DNA of 64,000 nucleotides from an uncultured Acidobacteriota bacterium (GTDB lineage Bacteria; Acidobacteriota; Vicinamibacteria; Vicinamibacterales; 2-12-FULL-66-21): NCBI GenBank assembly GCA_963734695.1, contig CAVTIL010000022.1, positions 1,150 to 65,149 of the forward strand, read 5' to 3'. Shown piece by piece: positions 52,380 to 64,000 of this stretch (position 1 is its first letter; each line of letters starts with the position of its first letter). The notes under the pieces were generated by a model. It saw only the letters and a program-made list of their open reading frames with translations, ran no database searches and was not told where the DNA came from. The position numbers and the translations under genes were made by a program.

Positions 52380-53845
52380 CTATCGCTGCACTTTGACCGC
52401 GCGCCGCAATCGCGCCGCGTCGTCGTCGGAGAGTTGCGCACTGGTCAGGCGCTCTGCTTCTGACCAGCCTCCTCCGAGCGCTTTGAAGATTGACGCGGCC
52501 TGCCGTGTGACCTCCACACGGCTTTGCGCCAACCGGTCTTCGGCATCCAGGCGCACGCGCTCGGCGTCGAGAACCGTCAAGAAGTTGTCAACGCCGAACT
52601 GGAATCGCTGGCGAGCGAGGTCTGCCGCCGCACGCGCGGCTCGAGCGGCCAACTCGAGATGACCGAAGCGTTGCCGCTCCTGCAGATAACTCGTGATGGC
52701 GCGCTCGGCCTCCTCGAGCGCGACCAGCGCCGTTCGCTCATAGTTTGCGAGAGCGATTTCGGCAGTGGCATCGGCGGCGAGGATTCGCTGACGAATGCGG
52801 TTCCACTCGAGAAACGGCAGCGTGACACCGAGTCCCAGGCTGAACCGGAGGCCTCGACTGCCGACGTCGCCCACGCTATAAGACTGGAGCCCAACTCCTC
52901 CCGTGAGCACCAGGCGCGGGAACAGATCCGCTGCCGCCACGCCGGCGCGCGCCGCGGCGGCGAGCACTGCGGATTCGGCGGCTGCGACATCCGGCCGACG
53001 ACGCAGCAACGTCACCGGCTCGCCGATGGCGAGCACGTCCGGCGGGGGCGGTAGAGGCTGCGGAACACGCAATTCGGCCGCCAGCGCCTGCGGGTCGGCG
53101 CCCACCAGGACACCGAGCCGATAGATGGCAGATGATTCCGCCGCCAGCCAACGGTGGAATCGACGCTCGCGTCAACTCGAGCAGCGCGATCGCCCGGTCG
53201 ACGTCCAATTGGGTGCCTCGCCCCGCTGTGAGCAGCTGCTGGGTCAACTGCGACGCGCTCTCCTGGTTGGCGACGTTGTCGCGCGCCACCGCGAGCCGCG
53301 CTTGTGTGCCTCGCACATCGGCGTACGCCAACACGACTTCGGCGGCGACGGAGACCAGCGTCAGACGGCGAAGCGACCGTTGACGCGCGAAGTCTGCGCG
53401 CGCGGCGGCAATGGAGGCGCGACGAGCGCCGAACACGTCGACCTCCCAGCTCGCATCGACGCCAGCATCGAACAGGTCGACGTCGGCCGCGGCGAGGCCG
53501 GCGATTTGAGACTGGCTACGCTCGAATCCTACGTTCGCGCCGCCGAGTGGCCAATTCGCGCCCTCTTGCTCCCGCAGCCTCGCTCGCGCCAGCCTCACGA
53601 GCGCGGTGGCTTCACGCACGTCGGGGCTTCCGCTCAGCGCCCGCTCGACAAGCGTCGTGATGGTGTCGTCAGCAAACGTCGTCCACCACGCGTCGACGGG
53701 AGCGTTGAAGCGAGTGCCGGCGTCCGCCGAGGCCTCGAAGGAGAGTGGCGCAGTCGGTGTCGACCGGCTTGATGTGTGTACCCGTCACACTGCACCCGCA
53801 GACCGTTAACGCCAACGCGATCGCCAGGTGGGCGCGGCGGGTCAT
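52380..53845 (-). CDS. RND efflux outer-membrane lipoprotein (NodT/OprM family, frameshifted)
   Basis: Lipobox VCGC; ASWEVDVFG, LLRRRPDV, KALGGGW. Confidence 0.88.
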
Positions 53846-56800
53846 GAAGGCAGCTCCCCGCCTGGCGCCGCCATCACCGGTGGCAGAGGCGTCTCGCCGG
53901 CGCCCGATGGCTGAGTCCGTGGTGATCTTCTCACGGCCAAGCGCGAGACGCCGACAAACGACGTAGAACACTGGCGTCAGCAGCAAACCAAATAGAGTGA
54001 CACCGAGCATCCCCGCGAAGACGGCCGTCCCGAGCGCTTGGCGCGCCTCAGCGCCGGCACCGCTGGCGATGATCAGCGGCACGACGCCGAGGATGAAGGC
54101 GAACGACGTCATCAGGATCGGCCGCAGCCGCAACCGCGCGGCGTGCGCTGCCGCCTCGAATCGATTGAGCCCGAGCTGCTCCTCGGCTTGCTTCGCGAAC
54201 TCGACGATCAGGATCGCGTTCTTGCACGCAAGGCCGACGAGCACGACGAGGCCGATTTGCGTCAGGATGTTGTTGTCCTGCCCACGCAGGAGCACGCCCG
54301 TGATCGCGGCCAGCAAACACATGGGGACGATGAGCACGACCGCGAGCGGCAGCGTCAGACTTTCATACTGACCGGCGAGCACGAGGAAGACGACCAGGAC
54401 GGCAAACGCAAAGACGAACGCCGCCGTGTTGCCCGCCTGCTGTTGTTGGTAGGCCAGCTCTGTCCACTCGTACGAGAGTCCATCGGGCAGCGTCCGTTTC
54501 GCGAGCGACTCCATCGTTTCCATACGCCTGGCCGAACGACGTGCCGGGGCCGACGTCGCCGAGGACTTCGACGGCCGGATACAGGTTGTAGCGCGTCACC
54601 CGGGTGGGACCACTCACATCGCGGAAGGTGGCGACCGATCCGAGCGGCACCATGCCGCCGGTGTCGTTACGCGTGCGCAGCTCGGCGATGCTCCTGGCAT
54701 CACGGCGGAACGGGGCGTCGGCCTGGGCCGTGACCCGGTAGGTGCGGCCGAGATAATTGAAATCGTTCACGAACGCCGACCCCAGGAAGACTTCGAGGGC
54801 CTCGAACACTCGTGAGGGCGGTACGCCGAGCGCCTGGGCGCGGGCACGATCGATGTCGACGTACAGCTGCGGTGTGGAGACTTCGAATTGAGAGAACACA
54901 CCGCGCAGCCGAGGCTCCTGCCCCGCCGCAATCGTCAGCGCGACAGCGGCGTCGTGCAGCGCCGACAAACCGCGCGCGGCGCGGTCCTGCACGATGAACT
55001 TGAAGCCACCCGTCGTGCTGAGGCCACGCACCGACGGCGGGGCGATGACGAAGATGTTGGCCTCGGCAATGGCCGCCATCCGCTCTCGAGCGAGGCGTAC
55101 GACGGTCTCGGCGTCGATGCCACGTGCCCGACGTTCGGCAAACGGTGTCACCGTGAAAAACAGGGTCGCCGAATTGCTGGCATTGGTCGACGTGGCGCCG
55201 TCGAATCCGCTGAAGCTCGCGATGTGCTCGACGCCCGCGATCCCGCGAAGATCGGCGATGGCGCGCCGCACCACGGCGTCGGTGCGCGCCAGCGACGAGC
55301 CCGGTGGCAACTGGACGATGGTGATGAAATACCCCTGGTCCTGCGCCGGGATGAAGCCGGCGGGTGCCCGCCAGAACTGCACACCGGTCAACGCCAGCAG
55401 CGCACCGTATGCCACGAGGACGAGCGCCGCCACGCGGACCAGCTTGCCGACCACGGCGCCGTAGCTGCTGGAGACCCGATCGAACGCGACGTTGAACCCG
55501 CCGAAGAACTTCGCGACGATGCGTCCCGCACGCGACCGCGGTTCGTCGCCGCGGCGCCGCAACAGGAGCGCGGCCAGCGCTGGGGAGAGCGTCAACGAGA
55601 CGAGGCACGAGATGATCGTGGCGGAGGCGATCGTCAAGGCAAACTGACGGTAGAACTGACCCGAGATGCCGGGAATGAAGGCGGTGGGCACGAACACGGC
55701 CGAGAGCACGAGGGCGATGGACACGAGCGCTCCGCCCACTTCTTCCATCGTGCGCCGCGCCGCGTCGAGCGGCGTCATGCCCTCGTGCAGATTCCGCTCG
55801 ACGTTCTCCACGACGACAATCGCATCGTCGACGACGATGCCGATCGCGAGCACGAGACCGAAGAGCGACAGGGTGTTCAGCGAGAATCCGAACGCCTGCA
55901 GTACGGCGAAGGTGCCGACGAGCGAGACGGGAATCGCCAGCAGTGGAATCACCGATGCGCGCCACGACTGGAGGAAGACGACGATGACGACCACGACGAG
56001 GATGGCCGCTTCGTAGATCGTCTTCTGAACCTCGGTCACCGATTCGGCGATGAACTCCGAGGGGTTGTAGACGATGTCGTAGTCGAGCCCGGGCGGGAAC
56101 TCCGGGCGCAGGCTGGCCATCAGCGCCTGGACCCGCCGCGCCGTCGCGAGCGCGTTGGATCCCGGGCGCTGGAAGACGGGTATCGCGACGGCGGGCTTGT
56201 CGTCGAGATACGCATTGGTCGAGTAGTCGACGGCGCCGAGCTCGATGCGACCGACGTCGCGCACGCGGACCAGTCGTCCGTCGGCACCACTCTTGAGCAG
56301 CACGTCGCCGAACTGGGCCGGGTCGGTGAGTCGTCCCAGCAGCTGGACGCTCGTCTCGAATGCCCCCTGCCGCGTCGAGGGAGGACGATCCAGGACGCCG
56401 CCGGCCACCTGGACATTCTGGCCCCGGAGCGCCTGGACGACCTCGCCGCCAGTCATGCCGAACGAGGAGATGCGTTGCGGGTCGAGCCAGACGCGCATGG
56501 AATATTCGCGCGCACCGAACAGGCGGATGTCGCCGACGCCATCGAGCCTGACCAGCCGGTCCCTGATGTTCTGCAGCGTGTAGTTCGACAGATACAGCTG
56601 GTCGCGCGAGTCGTCGGGCGAGTAGATGTGCACCACCATCAAAATGTCGGGTGTGTTCTTGGTGGTGACGACACCGAGCCGGCGCACGTCTTCGGGCAGG
56701 CGTGGCAGCGCAATGTTGACGCGATTCTGCACCAGCACCTGCGCCTCGTCGAGATTGGTCCCGAGCGCGAAGGTGGCGGTGATGGTGACGCGACCATCGG

Positions 56801-57056
56801 ACGTGGATTGAGAGGAGATATACAACATCCCCTCCACACCATTGATTTCCTGTTCGAGAGGAGACGCCACGGTGGCGGCCACGGTTTCCGCGTTGGCTCC
56901 GGGGTAAGCCGCTGTCACGGAGATGCTCGGTGGAGCGACTTCAGGGTATTGCGAGATCGGAAGGCTGATGTAGCCCACGGCGCCAACGAGCATGATCAGC
57001 ACGGAGATCACGCCGGCGAGAATCGGGCGGTCGATGAAGAGCCTGGAGAAGCCCAT
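53842..57056 (-). CDS. RND efflux permease (HAE1 family, one frameshift near 54525)
   Basis: FIDRPILA, YPGANAETV, GIVVDDAIVVVEN, KNAILIVEFA, RLRPILMTS. Confidence 0.93.
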
Positions 57057-57099
57057 GGTCTGCTCGCTAGCTGCCGGGCGGGGGCTCGACGCGGCCAGG

Positions 57100-57338
57100 G
57101 AACCTGCAATTACCGGCCATCGCGCGCGGCGACGGAGGATCCGGTGGAGGAATTCGCCCGAAGCGCGCGCGCGGGAGCGCTCTCCGCGGATGAGTTATTG
57201 GCGCAATATGTCACCATCGCGTACAGCCGCTCCGGCAGTTACGAGAAAACGGCGCGCAATTTGGGCTTGGACCGCAGGACCGTCAAAGCGAAAGTGGACC
57301 AGGGCCTGTTAGCAAAACTGCGGCCGGTAACGAAGTAG
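57100..57338 (+). pseudogene. C-terminal Fis-type HTH fragment of a sigma54-type regulator
   Basis: LSADELL..GSYEKTARNLGLDRRTVKAKVD; no 5' part. Confidence 0.6.
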
Positions 57339-57339
57339 T

Positions 57340-57700
57340 CTACTTGGGCTTGTACGCGATGGCGTCGATTTCGACTTTGGCGTCTTTAAGCGGCAGTGCG
57401 GCCACGATAATGGTGGTCCGCGCCGGCTTGCCTTCCGGGAAGAACTCCGCGTAGACTTCGTTCATCGCTCGAAAATCGCCGGCGTCCATCAGAAACACGC
57501 CGCATTTGACCACGTCGTTCATGGTGGCGCCGGCCGCCGCCAGGATCGTGCGGATATTCGTCAGCACCTGGCGCGTCTTCCGCTTTCACGTCGCTTCCCA
57601 GCACGGCCTGGCCAGCCACATAGATGAAGCCCGCGCGTACCGCCGGAGTATAAGGCCCGCCGGGCTTCGGCCCGTCGGTTGGGAAAATGTACTCGATCAT
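57340..57700 (-). CDS. RidA/YjgF-family protein
   Basis: [36 protein letters not shown]. Confidence 0.88.
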
Positions 57701-57702
57701 CG

Positions 57703-58650
<948 letters not shown>

Positions 58651-58999
58651 TCAGGGTATCACGCAAGTCCACTTACCTGGTGATGACGTGCGCATATGCC
58701 TGTCTCGATCACGCCCTTGGTCGCCGAGTCGATTACCGTCTAGCTTACGTTCGCGAGGGCGCCGCGCGGCATCGCCACGGGGCTCCGGCGGCCGAAGCAC
58801 TACCGGCTCCGGAAGCGTTCCCGAAAGAGGTTGGCGCTGGCTGCGCGAGCAGGCAAATCGGCAACGGCTGGTATCGAGGCGAGGGAAAGGCGGAGCGTAG
58901 ATATTCCACACATCGTAGACCAGATTTTTTGTCAACGCGCGGTGACAGGACCGCTGCCACGTGAGTGGTCAAAACACTGGGCGCTACAATGTCCCATGA

Positions 59000-60512
59000 A
59001 TGCGGAAAATCCTGCTCCTTGCACTGTTGGCAGCGACCCTGGCGGCAGCGGCCCAACCGCCAAAGCTGGTGTTGTTTATCGTGGTGGACCAGTTCCGCTA
59101 TGACTACATGACCCGGTTTCGCAGCGAGTTCCGCGGTGGTTTCGATCGTTTGCTACGGGAAGGGGCGAGCTTCACAAAAGCCCATCACAACTTTTTCCCG
59201 ACTCTTACGGCAGTGGGTCACGCGACTCTGATTACCGGCGCGATGCCCTCTGTAACCGGGATTATCGGCAACGACTGGTTTGATCGCAAGGCCGGAAAGC
59301 AGATCTCCAGCGTCTCCGACGACAACACAAAGCCCATCGGCGCAGCCGCCAAGGGTGCCTCGCCTCACCAGCTTCTCGCGCCGACGATTGGCGACGCGCT
59401 TAAATAGGCGAAAGGTGGCTCTGGGCCGCGCGTTTGGCATTCCATCAAAGACCGCAGCGCAATCGATGGCGGGCTGGAAGGGGACGACCTATTGGTTCGA
59501 TGACGAGAGCGGGATGTTCGTCACCAGCAGCTATTACCGGTCCGGCCTGCCGGATTGGGTGCAGCGCTTTGACGATAGCCATCCAGCCAACCAATATCTG
59601 GGAGCAATCTGGCTCAACCACGTCGTCCCTGCGGACGGCAAGCCGCGCTAACAAGCGGGTGGCCTGGAGTCCTTTCGGAAATGAGTTGATTGCGACATTG
59701 GCCGGGCGCGCGATCGAGGCGGAGAAACTGGGCAGTCGGAAGGATCCGGATCTGCTGGCGGTGAGCTTTTCCTCGACGGATTATGTAGGCCATGACTACG
59801 GTCCGGGACTCGCCCGAAGCACGCGAGGTGATCCGCGAACCATGGACCTGTTGCTGGATCAGCTTTTTCAAGCTGTGGACCGCGCGGTTGGCATGGGAAT
59901 CCGTTCTCGTGGTGCTGAGCTCGGATCACGGTGTTCCGATGCGGACGGACACGAGCAGGATCCGCCGATCAGCGGCGGGAGCGTGCTGCTGACCGTGGTC
60001 AGCGACGCCGTTCAGGCCGCACTCGAAAAGACTTATGGTCCCGGCAAGTGGATTGCGGGCTGCTATGACGTTCTGATCTACCTCAACCGTGAACTGATCG
60101 CGCAGAAAAAGTTGGATGCGGCGGAAGTCAACCGGCGCGCCGCCGAGGCAGTGCTTCAAGTGCCTCACATCGCGCGAACGTACACGCGCGAGCAGATCCT
60201 GGACGGTCGTACGCTGAAAGACGAAACCGGCCGCATGATCCTCAATGGCTATCATCGGGCAACGGGCGCCGATATCGCGTTTCTGCCGGAACCATATTGG
60301 GTGTTTACGGATCTCTATACGACTCATGGGACAACCTATCAGCTACGATACCCACGTGCCAGTGATCTTCATGGGTCCGGGCATCCGCGCGGGAAGTTAC
60401 GACACACCTGTCGTCACTAACGACGTTGCGCCGACCGTGGCGAAAATGCTGGGGAATTCCAAAGCCCGCAGGTTCGACTGGGCGCGTGCTTACCGAGATG
60501 TTGGTGAAGTAA
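59000..60512 (+). CDS. Alkaline phosphatase / nucleotide pyrophosphatase family exported protein (frameshifted)
   Basis: Signal peptide; VVDQFRYDY, TAVGHAT, DYVGH, SSDHG, THG..YDTHVP. Confidence 0.88.
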
Positions 60513-60707
60513 CTGGTCTGGCAACAAACTTAGTCAGGGTTATGGACTAACTGCACGTACCGGGCCTGTAATAAATAAACGCCGGTACTGCCCCAGGCCA
60601 TGATTTCGTTCGATAAATAAACCAGTACGCAAGCTCATTCCGTCGAAACCTTTGTTGGGTTGGCGTGTTGTGACTTTTTCACCCTGAAAACACTATACGC
60701 CAGAGAC

Positions 60708-62063
60708 ATGCGACGACTTAATCTTTTCTATTCCAATCATATTAATTCTTGAGAATTCGCTTCCGATCCAAGCTCAGACGCAGCAATTTTACGTCTCGCC
60801 CAGCTCTTCCCGCAGGGAACGGAAGCATCAACAGCCCCTGGGATCTGGCAACGGCACTCGCCCATCCGCCCTCGGTCAAACCGGGAGCCACCATCTGGCT
60901 TCGCGGCGGCGTCTATCACGGAATGTTCTATAGCACCTTGACCGGCTCTCCAACCGCCCCGATTATCGTGCGAGCATACGCAGCAGAGCGGGTTACCCTC
61001 AATGCCGGTGAGGAGGAAGACGAGTTTTGGGGATAGCCTCCTCCTATACCTGGTTCTGGGGCCTCGAAATCACCACCAGTTCGACCAAGAGATTTTTAGG
61101 ACCTCGTCAACATCTCGCCGCTCGCAGCTGGGGTTTCCAATGCTCAAATACCCGGCGGCGGAATGGGCGTCAAGCTGATCAATCTCATCGTCCATGACAC
61201 CGCCCTGGGCTACGGCTGGTGGAAGGAGCGAATCAATTCCGAAATATACGGAAACATTATTTACAACAACGGCTGGGACATGGATGACCGGGGACACGGA
61301 CATGCCATCTACGCCCAGAACGCATCCCCCACAATGCGCATCAGCGAGAACATTCTGGCCAACCAGTTCGGCGAGGGGATCACGCTTTATGGATCGGCGG
61401 CCGCGCCTCTGAATAACTTCCACGTGGAAGGAAATGTGTCGTTCAACAACGGCGCCGTTTCCCGGCACGGGTACAGCAGAAATCTGCTGCTCGGTGAGGC
61501 ACCGTCGCACAGAATAATACCTTGACTAACAACTACACATACTACCCGGGCCAGTGTTGCGGAACCAACGGCGTTGGCTCTATGCCGGATGCTCGAATTT
61601 GCGCATGACCGGAAACTATTTCATCAGTAACGGCGACACTGCGCTCCAGATGGACGCCTGTACTGCGGCGGTGATGACGGGGAATACGTTTTACTCTCGG
61701 CGCGACCCTCGGCTTTTCTCCAGAACGGTATCCCGGCAATATGCGAACGTCGTCAACCGTCCCACTGCAAATCAGATATTCGTAAGACTCAACAAATATG
61801 ATCCCAAGCGCGCGCATATCGTCGTCTACAACTGGACCTTGCAGCCAACGGTGCAAGTGAATATCGCGTCCACGGGAATTGCAGTGGGTCAAACCTATAC
61901 CATTCGCACCGCGCAGAATTACTATGGCAAAACGATTACCGGAACATACAACGGCGGACCGATCTCGATTCCGATGAGCGGATGGGGTGTTGCGGCGCCG
62001 CATGGCGCAGCGCCGGCACGCTCAGCCCTTCCGGAATTCGGCGCATTTATCATCACGCGCTAG
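60708..62063 (+). CDS. Secreted right-handed beta-helix protein (frameshifted)
   Basis: FYVSP..G..PWDLATAL, WLRGGVY, GHGHAIYAQN; Asn-rich repeats. Confidence 0.75.
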
Positions 62064-62070
62064 CGCAGTA

Positions 62071-64000
<1,930 letters not shown>

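Noticed and set aside
53669-54523. RND permease fused to the outer-membrane factor
   Set aside because: The OMF has its own ATG and lipoprotein signal at 53845; the read-through is explained by an indel.
54888-57338. 816-aa plus-strand ORF and similar long antisense ORFs
   Set aside because: These are shadow frames of GC-rich genes; only the last ~80 aa here is a real HTH fragment.
58680-58935. Small gene or ncRNA upstream of trxB
   Set aside because: No recognisable protein or RNA motif.

Overview
High-GC bacterial DNA with an Acidobacteriota-like gene repertoire (inference). It carries many single-base indels even in essential genes (proS, trxB), so most frameshifts are probably uncorrected long-read errors. 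About 1-57.1 kb is a mosaic accessory region: (i) an FxsC-like TIR gene coupled to a ParA/MinD-like ATPase fused to DRHyd/DUF4071-like and SLOG-like domains; (ii) an IS21-family element whose istA is split at its catalytic KGKVE motif by a 3.36-kb large-serine-recombinase (LSR) element; (iii) toxin-antitoxin pairs, a group II intron 5' fragment and tRNA-half attachment scars bracketing an ECF sigma/Ser-Thr kinase cassette; (iv) a large sigma54-controlled redox/hydrolase cluster and an RND efflux pair lacking its adaptor. From about 57.1 kb the genes are housekeeping (RidA, trxB, proS, glyA). Top finding: excising the LSR element at its CAAAG repeats would both restore istA and, on the circle, join an SD+ATG hidden in the recombinase's last codons (EVQYET) in frame to the DUF5372 gene, which otherwise has no ATG. 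This looks like a recombination-activated gene switch.
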